From an uncultured delta proteobacterium (GTDB taxonomy: Bacteria; Desulfobacterota; WTBG01; CAIYCZ01; CAIRTM01): DNA of 64,000 nt. Shown here one piece after another: positions 54,561 to 64,000 of this stretch. A model generated the notes under the pieces. That model had not been told where the DNA came from, made no database searches, and saw nothing but the letters and a program-made list of their open reading frames with translations. The stretch spans positions 192,001 through 256,000 of the forward strand of contig CAWDSQ010000007.1 in NCBI GenBank assembly GCA_963804955.1, in the 5' to 3' direction. Each line of letters starts with the position of its first letter. The stretch's first letter is position 1. A program made the position numbers and the translations under genes.

Positions 54561-57500
54561 ATGAAATTTACCGATCTGTTCATACGCCGCCCTGTTCTCG
54601 CGCTGGTTATTAATTTAATAATCATCATCGCTGGGTTGCAGGCTATCCGCTCTGTCAATGTCCGCCAGTTTCCGCGCAATGAAAACTCCTCCGTCACGGT
54701 CAAGACCGTGTATGTCGGGGCAAACGCCGAGCTGGTGCGCGGCTTTATCACCACGCCCCTTGAGCGCGCCATTGCCTCTGCCGACGGCATCGATTATATG
54801 CAGTCCCAAAGCAGCCAGGGTCTTTCAAGTATCACCATCCGGCTGAAGCTCAACTATGATCCGCTCAAGGCCCTTGCCGAGGTCAGCTCCAAGGTTGACC
54901 AGGTTCGGCAGGACCTTCCTCCCGAATCAGAAGTGCCGATCATTGATGTCGTATCGGCGGACAGCCAGTTTGCGGCAGCCTATCTCAGCTACGAGTCCGA
55001 CATTCTGGATCAGAACCAGATAACCGACTATCTCATCCGCATGGTGCAGCCCCGGCTTTCGGCCATTGAAGGCATGCAGCGGGCCCAGATCCTCGGCGAC
55101 CGCACATTTGCCATGCGCATCTGGCTGCAGCCCGAGCGCATGGCCGCCTTCAATATCAGCCCGCTGCAGGTCCGGCAGGTTCTGGCCTCCAACAATTATC
55201 TTGCCGCCGTCGGCCAGACAAAAGGCGCGCTCATTCAGGTGAACCTGACGGCCAATACCGATCTGCATACGGCCGAGGAGTTTAAAAAACTCGTGATCCG
55301 CGAACAGGACGGCGCAATCGTGCGGCTTGAGGACATAGCCCAGATCGCTCTCGGCGCCCAGGACTATGAATCCGAGGTTACGCTCTCGGGCCAGACCGCG
55401 GTTTTTATGGCCCTGTACCCGCTGCCCACTGCCAATACCCTCGATGTTATAAATCGCGTCCGCACGGAGATGGAAACAATAGAGAAAAATCTGCCCGAGC
55501 GGCATCCGGATGCGCATCGGCTATGACGCGACCGATTACATTAAAAACGCGATCAGCGAAGTGCTCGGCACGTTGATCGATACCCTGCTCATCGTCATGG
55601 TTGTTATCTTTCTGTTTCTCGGGTCGATGCGCGCCGGTGTTTATCCCGATCGTTGCCATTCCCTTGTCACTTATCGGCGCTGTTTTTGTAATGCAGGCCT
55701 TCGGCTTTACCATTAACCTGCTGACGCTGCTTGCTATCGTGCTGTCGGTGGGGCTGGTGGTTGATGACGCCATCGTGGTGGTTGAAAACGTGGAGCGCCA
55801 TTTGAGCGGAGGGCAAATCCCCCCTTGATGCGGCGCTGCTCGGGGCGCGCGAGCTTGTGGGCCCGATTATCGCCATGACGGTCACCTTAGCGGCAGTGTA
55901 TGCGCCCATCGGGCTGCAGGGCGGCCTTACCGGCGCTTTCTTCAGGGAATTTGCCTTTACCCTTGCCGGGCGCGGTCATGATTTCGGGCATTGTGGCGCT
56001 CACCCTGTCGCCCATGATGGCTTCAAAAATGCTCAAGCCGGGCTTGAGCGAGCATGGGCTTGCGGGCCGTATCGAGCGCGATTTTGCCCGGTTCAAGGAA
56101 CTGTACGGCCGCCTGCTGAACGTAACCCTGGATGCGCGGCCGGCAGTGTATGTGGTGTGGCTGGTGCTGAGCCTTGCGGCCATACCCATGTTTATCATGT
56201 CTCCCGCCGAGCTTGCTCCCATGGAGGATGAGGGCGCCATATTCAGCATTGTCGATGCTCCGGCAAATTCGGCCCTTGAACTGACCGCTCATTTTATCCA
56301 TGCTGCAGATAAAATTTTTCAGGCCATTCCTGAAACGGACTTTACCTTTGAGGTTATATTCCCCAGCTCGGGTTTCGGCGGTGTGATTACAAAACCCTGG
56401 AAGCGAGCGCAAGCGCACGGTGCAGCAGATACTGGCCGAGATGCAGCAGAAGCTGCGCTGCTATACCCGGCGTACGGCTTATGTCGATCACCCCGCCGCC
56501 ACTGCCCGGCGGAGGTGATTTTCCGGTCGAGTTTGTCATAACCTCGACAGCCAGGCCTGAAGAGATTCTCGCCATTGCCCAGCAGATGCAGCTGAAGGCT
56601 ATTGAGAGCCGCATGTTCGCTTTTCCGCCGCTTATTGATCTGAAAATGGATCAGCCGCCAGTCCGAGCTTGTCATTGATCGCGACAAGGTGGCGGACCTT
56701 GGCCTCAATCTCCAGCAGGTCGGCGCTGATGTGGCCTCGATGCTCGGGGGCAACTATGTCAACCGCTTTAATATTGCCGGTCGCAGCTATAAGGTCATCC
56801 CGCAGATCCAGCGCAGCGACCGTCTCAACCCGGACCAGCTGCAGGAGATGTATATCAACGGGCCCAAGGGCCAGCTCGTGCCGCTCCGTACGGTCGCGGA
56901 AATAAAAAACTCCACGGTTGCCCGGTCGCTCAACCGCTTTCAGCAGCTCAACAGCGTGAAAATCAGCGGCGTGGCAATACGCCCTCTTGATGAGGCGCTG
57001 GGTTTTCTTGAAGCCGAAGCCGCAAAAATTCTGCCCGACGGCTACACGATCGATTATACGGGCGAGTCGCGCCAGCTCAGGACCGAAGGGCAGAAATTTC
57101 TGCCGGCCTTTCGTCCTTGCCATGGTGCTTATTTTTCTGGTGCTTGCAGCACAGTTTAACAGCTTTCAGCGATCCGCTTGTCATTCTTGCCGGCTCAGTG
57201 CCCCTGGCCATGTTCGGCGCGCTTATCTTCATGTTTCTGAAAATGCCCAGCCCCAATGTACCATTTTTCACAAACGGCTGGACCACGACGCTCAATATTT
57301 ACTCTCAGGTGGGGCTGGTGACGCTGATCGGGCTTGTTTCAAAAAACGGCATTCTTATCGTCGAGTTTGCCAACAAACTGCAGGAGCAGGGCCTTGCCAA
57401 GCGCGCAGGCCGTAATCGAGGCTGCCAGACCCGCATCCGCCCGATTCTCATGATCAGTGTTGCAACCATTGCCGGCCACTTCCCTCTGACGCTGGTCACC

Positions 57501-57632
57501 GGCGCCGGCGCCGCAGCCAGAAACTCCATCGGCCTCGTGCTTGTGGGCGGCATGGCCATCGGCACCCTGTTTACCCTTTTTGTTATCCCCTCGATCTACA
57601 TGCTTATCGCCCGCGACCATTCAAAAAACTGA
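54561..57632 (+). CDS. RND efflux permease (AcrB/MexI-like), multiply frameshifted
   Basis: [50 protein letters not shown]. Confidence 0.93.
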
Positions 57633-57806
57633 ATTCCTTTTTTCCGGCATGCGGCCGAGCACCTCGCCTGCCCCTGAGGCTGTGACGCCAGGCCCGTCAA
57701 TGAAAACGGCTCTCGTCCGCACCACGTGAAGCGCAATAAAAAATATTTCATAATATGAATAAAAAAGCTATACTTAAAACAACTGGAATATATTCCGTAC
57801 GGAGGC

Positions 57807-58552
57807 ATGATGAGAAGTCCTACGCGCAGCACTTTTTTCTTTTTTATACTCGCGCTGGCGCTGCTGCAGGGCAGCCGTGCTTACGCCGATACTGATCGGG
57901 CCCGCGACTGCTTATCTTCTGTTGATGCGGCAGCCCTGCCCCGCTACGCCGCCGGCAAGCTTGACGAAATAAAGCGCATGATTGCTTCTTTTCCCCGGAA
58001 CGAAATCAGCGCAAAAAATGAAGAGCAATCGTTGTATGAACTTATCCGTATTGTTAAGACAACGCAATCAAGCTATCATGCGGTCAACTACGATGTTTTT
58101 GGATGGAATGATGTGCTTGAGTTTTTGTACCGGACAAATGTGGCAGCGGTAAAAAGGGGGATTGCGGTCACCAGAACTTTTATTGTTTCAGATGATACTT
58201 TGCAGAATGCCGTCATGCTTGAAAATCTGCTGGACATTATGGCAACACACAGCAGGGACGGCATCAAGGTGTATTATGGCCTGCACCGGGAGATCATCAA
58301 AGACGCGGGGTATAATCAAATACGCTATGTATCGATGCCGGATTAAGCGATGGTGTGGTTCTGGCCCAGGTGAAGGCTGTCAGCATATACGGGCCGCAGC
58401 CTTCGTATCTTGATATAACGTGGGACAAGGAAATTTTAAAAAAGAAAAACCCCTTCCCGTTTTTGAAAAACAGCGCCCATATTTATCCCTATAATGAAGC
58501 TGCTGAAAAAAAGCTGCGCGGCCTTGCTGCAACTCCCGCGCCGGTGCAGTAG
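57807..58552 (+). CDS. Hypothetical secreted protein, probably frameshifted near 58340
   Basis: GGAGG RBS, signal peptide ...RAYA; continues in ORF 58355-58552. Confidence 0.55.
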
Positions 58553-58599
58553 GACGGGGCAGTGGTCCGCATGTTTAAAGACGGCCCCCAACTCTGCGT

Positions 58600-59271
58600 T
58601 TATATAATCAGGTAGGCAAGCAGGGTTATTTCTATTGATAGATGGGCAAGAAGGGGCAGGAGCACGTTTTTACGCTTATAGCTCCAGTAGGTGAGAACGA
58701 TGGATAAGAGCAGCATGCCCAATGCCTCCGGAATTGATTTTTGCAGATGAAACAGAAATTCAAAGGCCGGAATGAAACAGGGGCCGATTTTGCCCAGCAC
58801 TGCCTGCAGGTACTTCATGAGAAAAACGCGATGGAGAAATTCCCATCCGATCAGCCACGAGGACAGCCAGATAAGATAGCCCGTCGCATAGGACCACTTC
58901 ATTGCGCCGCTGAGATGTGATTGGGGCTGATAGTACTGGTTGAGCACCGGTATGAATTTGATGAGATAGACGCCGCAGGCGCCCAGCAGCATTAAAGCGA
59001 TCAGCAGCCAGGCATCGGTTTTTTTCCATCGAGCGAACGTAAAGACCCGGATGTCAAGATCCCGCCACATAAGCAGCACGGGAATGCCCAGCCACAAAAT
59101 CGCCGTCGACATTTCAAATCCGTTTTTTAATCGCCAGTAGAATATCGACCAGTCAATGATCCACTGGGTGTGATTCGTCGATAGCGAGTCAACCGTGAGG
59201 GCAAAAACGGCATACAGAACCATTATGATGGCGTATGCTGTTTTTGCAGGCCGCTGTTGAGCGTCTTTCAT
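58600..59271 (-). CDS. CPBP (CAAX/Rce1-like) intramembrane glutamic protease
   Basis: WEFLHR, FEFLFH, LAHL motifs with multiple TM helices. Confidence 0.8.
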   Translation of the reverse strand: MKDAQQRPAKTAYAIIMVLYAVFALTVDSLSTNHTQWIIDWSIFYWRLKNGFEMSTAILWLGIPVLLMWRDLDIRVFTFARWKKTDAWLLIALMLLGACGVYLIKFIPVLNQYYQPQSHLSGAMKWSYATGYLIWLSSWLIGWEFLHRVFLMKYLQAVLGKIGPCFIPAFEFLFHLQKSIPEALGMLLLSIVLTYWSYKRKNVLLPLLAHLSIEITLLAYLII

Positions 59272-59334
59272 ATGCAGGGGAATTAAGCTTATGTACGGTT
59301 TTTTCGATGTCCGGTATCCTTGCCAGTGCTGCCA

Positions 59335-59847
59335 TTATTTGAGATAGGTTTGGAGAACTGTTTTGAAGGTTTCTTCAGCGATGCCCGGTGCAGCCTGCCA
59401 CCAGATAACAGTCATGCCCTTTTGAAAGAAGAAATGCTTCAGTCCTGAGCCGGTTGTCTCATATATATCCTGCTCCGGGCCGGGCCTTTTAGCAGGAGGG
59501 CTGAAGCCTGCGGGACCGTCGGCCATTTTGGAGAGCATCCGCTCAAAGGCCCTGCGTGCCTGCTCATCATTCATGAAGGCGCTTATATAGAGAACATTGT
59601 TTGAATCTGCGCCCCCATAGTAGCCCACTGCCGAGGTGGAGCCGCTGTTAGCCTTGCCATGCATATTGTAGATAAGCTTATTGGCTTCAACGCCCTCAAC
59701 CGTGCGGGCAAGGGCAAGGCTGCCTATTGCGGCAGGCAGTTTGGGCGCCGGCGCTTTTTCAGGGCCGGCGCATGATGAAAAGAACGCTATGCAGAGCAGG
59801 CTTTGTGCCGCAATGCGGGCAACTGCTTGTATGGATTGTCTGTGCAT
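59335..59847 (-). CDS. Hypothetical lipoprotein
   Basis: Signal ending ...IAFFSS-C. Confidence 0.7.
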   Translation of the reverse strand: MHRQSIQAVARIAAQSLLCIAFFSSCAGPEKAPAPKLPAAIGSLALARTVEGVEANKLIYNMHGKANSGSTSAVGYYGGADSNNVLYISAFMNDEQARRAFERMLSKMADGPAGFSPPAKRPGPEQDIYETTGSGLKHFFFQKGMTVIWWQAAPGIAEETFKTVLQTYLK

Positions 59848-59890
59848 GTCATTATTTCCTTTTAATTTTTTTTGATAAGGTGCTCAATTT

Positions 59891-60613
59891 TCATCTAACA
59901 TTGGAAGCCGGTGCTGTGTCGGGAGAAATATAGAATTCCCGAAACGCTAAAATGCCCATGGTCACATAGCATATCGTTTTGGGAATCATCAGCATGCCCA
60001 CGGCAGGGAAACGGTCGAACAGGAAAACAACCGGGGCATAGCAGGCGAAAGAAACCAGTATGAGTATGGCAATTCGCCGCAGCAGCGTGTCGTTGGCCGC
60101 AAGTGAGTCACGGAGTATCAGGGCAGCCAGCCCGAGCTGCATGAGCATGAGCGGAATATTGCGGTATATGTACAGGGGGCCACCGCCGAAAGATTTGTTC
60201 CAGCCGTTGTCGGGATGCATCATGATGAAACAGCGAATGACGGCAAGGGCAAAAAGAGCCCAGCCCCATATGCCGATATCTTTTTTGTAGCGCGCAGCCC
60301 AGGCCAGTATCATCGCCCCGTAAAACAGCGTGAAGGTTACGGCAGTGGCCAGGCCGCCCAGCGGCACGAGAAATAAATTCGAGCCGAAGATGGTGACCGG
60401 CTCAGCAGTTTTGTTCAGGGCAAACGCCAGCACCTGGAAACCCACATGGGCCGCATCGCCGATGGCGAGAAAGAGAAAGGCCAAAAGGATGAATGCGGCG
60501 GTGCGCCTGTCGGAATCGGAAACCTGCCGCCTGCGCCGCCACATAGCCCCGACAAGACAGCAAATGGTGATCAGGTACAGCACATTGAAAGGCATTTCAA
60601 ATAAAGCGCGCAT
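59891..60613 (-). CDS. Conserved multi-pass membrane protein
   Basis: GAGGAGGAG RBS; LAIGDAAH, YRNIP, YAPVV...GMLMIPKT. Confidence 0.75.
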   Translation of the reverse strand: MRALFEMPFNVLYLITICCLVGAMWRRRRQVSDSDRRTAAFILLAFLFLAIGDAAHVGFQVLAFALNKTAEPVTIFGSNLFLVPLGGLATAVTFTLFYGAMILAWAARYKKDIGIWGWALFALAVIRCFIMMHPDNGWNKSFGGGPLYIYRNIPLMLMQLGLAALILRDSLAANDTLLRRIAILILVSFACYAPVVFLFDRFPAVGMLMIPKTICYVTMGILAFREFYISPDTAPASNVR

Positions 60614-60707
60614 GATGGCAGTCTCCTCCTCTATGGGTTGTGTCAGTTCGTGGCGGTTGTAATCCGTCGTTTTTATTATGTTGTTATCAAAAATTATCTC
60701 AGATGTA

Positions 60708-60999
60708 GATACTATGAAGGAAAGGATCATTTGACAGGCGTCAGTCTCGGGTATGCTTATAAAGTCAGATCAATAACTTTTAGCATAAGGAGACAAACAT
60801 GGCGAACTATCAAATGATCCAAACCGAGGCAAAGGATAGCACAGGTAAGCAGGTTTTGTACATATCCCTTGAACTGTCCAACAAGAAATGGAAACTGACG
60901 TTTGGGGACGGGCAACGCAGGAGGGAGCGAACAATAACATCCGCAGATCTTGCAATGGTTCAGGAAGAGCTGGTCAAGGCGAGGAAGCATTTTAGACTG
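60708..60999 (+). mobile_element. Truncated IS110 copy (left end and first ~67 codons of the transposase)
   Basis: Near-identical to 34513-34225 on the opposite strand; similarity stops at ...AAGCATTTTAGACTG. Confidence 0.92.
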
Positions 61000-61033
61000 T
61001 ATGCCAATCTGCCATTTTTTGCTTGTATGATTC

Positions 61034-61114
61034 CGGCGGGTTGGCGCCCGCCCTACGTTCTACCTTCTGTGTTTTGCATTATGTGGTGGATTCGCTGCGC
61101 TTAATCCACCCTAC
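61034..61114. repeat. Two GTAG-type REPs
   Basis: CGGCGGGTTGGCGCCCGCCCTAC and GGTGGATTCGCTGCGCTTAATCCACCCTAC. Confidence 0.7.
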
Positions 61115-61241
61115 GGCTTCTGTACCCTGATTCCTGATCCCCGACCCCGGACCCTGCTTTTATTAATCCTTCACCTTTACGGTTGACATATGATAGTATA
61201 GATTATATTTCAGTTACAATCATTGTATCGGGAGAATTTTT

Positions 61242-61727
61242 ATGAACGAAATAGCTGAACTGCTGCAGAAAGACGCACGGCTCACAGCCGAAGACATCGC
61301 CTCCATGCTCAACAAGAGCGTCGAGGATGTGCGCGATAAGATTCGCCAGATGGAGGATGACGGCACCATTATTAAGTACAGCGCCGTCATCAATGAAGAG
61401 AAGCTGCCGAAGCAGAAGGACAAGGTCGTTGCTTTTATTGAAATACAGGTGCAGCCCGAGCGCGAAAAGGGCTTTGACGCCATTGCCGAGCGCATTTACC
61501 AGTTTCCGCAGGTTACGTCGCTGTATCTTATGTCGGGCCGCTATGACCTGCTGGTCGTGGTGGAGGGAGACAACCTGAAGGATGTGGCTTTTTTCGTGTC
61601 CGACAAGCTTTCAACCCTGGATAATGTCAAGAGCACGGCCACCCATTTTCTACTGAAGAAGTACAAGGAAAACGGCACCATGCTGTTCAAACAAAACAAG
61701 CTGGAGCGGCTCAATGTTGCGCTTTAA
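61242..61727 (+). CDS. Lrp/AsnC family transcriptional regulator
   Basis: LLQKDARLT...GFDAIAERIYQFPQV..LYLMSGRYDL...STATHF. Confidence 0.93.
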   Translation: MNEIAELLQKDARLTAEDIASMLNKSVEDVRDKIRQMEDDGTIIKYSAVINEEKLPKQKDKVVAFIEIQVQPEREKGFDAIAERIYQFPQVTSLYLMSGRYDLLVVVEGDNLKDVAFFVSDKLSTLDNVKSTATHFLLKKYKENGTMLFKQNKLERLNVAL

Positions 61728-62856
61728 CAACCGCATCGAGCAGATGCCGCCATCGGGCATCCGCAAATTTTTTGATCTCGTGATCGACGCCAAGGATATT
61801 ATCTCCCTTGGCGTGGGCGAGCCGGATTTTGTCACGCCCTGGCATGTGCGCGAGCGGGTGTTCTATTCCCTGGAGCAGGGCCGCACGAGCTATACCTCGA
61901 ACTGGGGCCTCATGGAGCTGCGCAAGGAAACGGCAAAATATCTCAAAGACCGCTTTGCCGTGACATATGACGCCAACGAAATTATGATTACCGTGGGCGT
62001 GAGCGAAGCTGTGGATATCGCCCTGCGCACGATATTAAACGAGGGCGATGAGGTAATTCTGCCCGAGCCCACCTATGTGTGCTACCGGCCCCTTGCCGAG
62101 CTTGCGGGCGCAAAGGCCGTGGCGGTGAGCAACCCGAGCTTCAAGATCACGGCAGATGATATTGAAAAAGCCGTAACGCCAAAAAGCAAGGTGATAATAC
62201 TGTCCTATCCCTCAAATCCAACGGGCTACACCATCGACCGGGCCGAAATCGAAAAGATAGCCGAGATTGCCCGGAAGCATGACCTGTGGATTATTTCAGA
62301 CGAAATTTATGGCGAGCTCACCTATGAAAAAGAGCACTTCTCCATAGCGGCGGTACCGGGCATGAAGGACCGCGTTATCCTCATGAACGGATTCTCCAAG
62401 GCCTTTGCCATGACAGGCTGGCGCCTTGGCTATATTGCAGCGTCAAACGATTTTCTTGAGCAGGCCGTAAAAATCCATCAGTATGCCGCTCTGTGCGCTC
62501 CCATCATGGCCCAGTACGCAGCCATTGAATCTCTGCAGCGGGGCATGCCTGAAATGGAAGAGATGAAAAAAAGCTACTGGCGGCGGCGCAATTATATGTT
62601 CGAAGCGCTCAATAAAATAGGCATGACGGTGAACCGGCCCGAAGGCGCGTTCTATATCTTTCCTTCCATCGAGTGCTCAAAGCTCTCCTCGGAGGATTTC
62701 GCCCTGGGGCTGCTGGAAAAGCAGCGCGTGGCTGTTATTCCCGGTGATGTATTCGGCCTTGGCGGCGAGGGCCGCGTTCGCATCTGCTATGCCATCGACT
62801 TTGAGCTTTTGAAGGAGTCTGTGGCGAGGATGGAAAAATTTATTAAATCTTTATAG
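61714..62856 (+). CDS. Class I/II PLP-dependent aminotransferase
   Basis: PSGIRKFFD, GVGEPDF, YPSNPTG, SDEIY, GFSKAFAMTGWRLGY. Confidence 0.96.
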   Translation: MLRFNNRIEQMPPSGIRKFFDLVIDAKDIISLGVGEPDFVTPWHVRERVFYSLEQGRTSYTSNWGLMELRKETAKYLKDRFAVTYDANEIMITVGVSEAVDIALRTILNEGDEVILPEPTYVCYRPLAELAGAKAVAVSNPSFKITADDIEKAVTPKSKVIILSYPSNPTGYTIDRAEIEKIAEIARKHDLWIISDEIYGELTYEKEHFSIAAVPGMKDRVILMNGFSKAFAMTGWRLGYIAASNDFLEQAVKIHQYAALCAPIMAQYAAIESLQRGMPEMEEMKKSYWRRRNYMFEALNKIGMTVNRPEGAFYIFPSIECSKLSSEDFALGLLEKQRVAVIPGDVFGLGGEGRVRICYAIDFELLKESVARMEKFIKSL

Positions 62857-62862
62857 AAAAAT

Positions 62863-62889
62863 GAAGCGCCCCTGCAGGGGCGTTTTTTT
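62863..62889 (+). terminator. Rho-independent terminator
   Basis: AAGCGCCCCTGCAGGGGCGTTTTTT. Confidence 0.7.
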
Positions 62890-62907
62890 ATTGAGACGGG
62901 AGTATGT

Positions 62908-63465
62908 ATGAAGTGCCTGTACTGCGCCGAGGAGATCAAAGACGAGGCGAAGCTGTGCCGGTTCTGCGGAGCGCGCCTGTCTGACGGCCAGTGGCAGCCT
63001 CCTTCCGCACCGGCGGGAGCCGCAGGCCGGCGCAGCTTCACCATGCTCACCACGGGCTGGCTGCTGGCGCTGTCCGGTGCGTGGATGCTGGTCATGTGCA
63101 ACTCCCCGGTGCCGCTGTTCGGCTCGGTGCGCGGCGGTATCGTCGCTGTGCTGTACAACGGTGTTTTCGGCGTGCTTATGCTGGCCATGGGATATGCTCT
63201 GGCCGGCCGCAAGCCATGGGCTCTTACGGCAACGGCTGCCGCCACTGCCGCCTATACGCTGGACAAGGTGCTTTTTATTTTCGATACTCCCGCGCGGCTC
63301 GCATCACTGAAAGATGGTTCGCAGCTGCTTAATTCCCTGGGCCCGGGAATGGACTCAATGGTTGATCAGGTGGCGGTGGTGATGGCGGCTTCGTTCCTGG
63401 CGGGCTGGTGGGGGCTTGTTATCTATATTTATCTCAAGCGCGGCTATTTCCGGCAGGATGCATAG
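62908..63465 (+). CDS. Zinc-ribbon membrane protein
   Basis: MKCLYCAEEIKDEAKLCRFCG followed by four TM helices. Confidence 0.85.
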   Translation: MKCLYCAEEIKDEAKLCRFCGARLSDGQWQPPSAPAGAAGRRSFTMLTTGWLLALSGAWMLVMCNSPVPLFGSVRGGIVAVLYNGVFGVLMLAMGYALAGRKPWALTATAAATAAYTLDKVLFIFDTPARLASLKDGSQLLNSLGPGMDSMVDQVAVVMAASFLAGWWGLVIYIYLKRGYFRQDA

Positions 63466-63527
63466 CTCACATCGGGTGGGTGAAACTCAATATTTAGGAA
63501 TTAAGTAAAAAAAGTTCCTCGCCCCCG

Positions 63528-63736
63528 GAGCCTGTGTCGCAATTGATTTATTTGGTTATCTCCAATGCTGAACCTGTATGTGGTCGTTAATTTCATCGCA
63601 AAATTTTGTCATTTCGAAGGAGCGGAGCGACTGAGAAATCTTAAGCACATGCAAAGATCTCTCCCGCAGTCTGCCCTGAGCGAAGTCGAAGGGGTCGAGA
63701 CATGAATATAAAAACAGAGCTTTCGTTCAGCCACTA
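63528..63736. repeat. Composite MITE-like repeat related to 28839-29218
   Basis: CTGTGTCGCAAT, GGTTATCTCCAATGCTGAAC, GTCATTTCGAA...GAGAAATCT, TTTCGTTCAGCCACTA. Confidence 0.7.
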
Positions 63737-63841
63737 TATAGCTCCGGGCTGCTGGAGAAGGGCCTCCGTACAGGCAAAAACAGCATCACGATTCGCTTCA
63801 CGAAGAGAGATATTCTGGGGTATGGATACACTGCCATAAAA

Positions 63842-64000
63842 CTATTTCAAGCTGCCCGTGCAAACGCTGCCGGCACAGGCCGCCCTGCCCTGCGGCTGCT
63901 CGAATACAACCTGGCCGGATACCTGCGGCGCATCGATAAAACCGTAATGCCGCCCCATCCAGTAGGGCAAAATAAAATCAAGTCCGGTGGCCTCATTCAG
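63842..64000 (-). CDS. 3' end of a hypothetical protein, truncated by the window edge
   Basis: Open from 64000: LNEATGLDFILPYWMGRHYGFIDAP... to the stop at 63842. Confidence 0.55.
   Translation of the reverse strand: MNEATGLDFILPYWMGRHYGFIDAPQVSGQVVFEQPQGRAACAGSVCTGSLK

Noticed and set aside
58600..59271. Abortive-infection defence gene (CAAX protease, Pfam name Abi)
   Set aside because: The CPBP family name is historical; it is unrelated to the HEPN Abi_2 gene and has no defence context here.

Overview
Bacterial chromosomal window. The carD-ispD-ispF-cysS order, folE2, a DmsAB-type molybdoenzyme and a class III CoA-transferase suggest an anaerobic deltaproteobacterium (Desulfobacterota-like); this is inference only. 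Many conserved genes are split by single-base indels, most likely long-read consensus errors. Housekeeping content includes an RNase E/G, a phosphoglucomutase, lexA, dinB, cysS, ispDF, carD, queD, folE2, rsmI, groES/groL, htpX, an RND efflux pair, and Lrp plus an aminotransferase. Highlights: (1) a complete IS110-family element (32968-34513) inserted in a GTAG-type REP, whose 3' non-coding end carries short segments matching both its target and its own circle junction (candidate bridge RNA), plus a truncated second copy at 60708; (2) an Abi_2/AbiF-type HEPN gene with an upstream hairpin RNA, wedged between lexA and dinB (candidate RNA-antitoxin system); (3) a frameshifted ferredoxin-dependent bilin reductase-like gene; (4) two small proteins built of C-x2-C-G-x9-C-x-P repeats, one with an H1-like PAKK tail; (5) several families of REP/MITE-like intergenic repeats and one unexplained structured intergenic element. 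No tRNA, rRNA or CRISPR array was seen.
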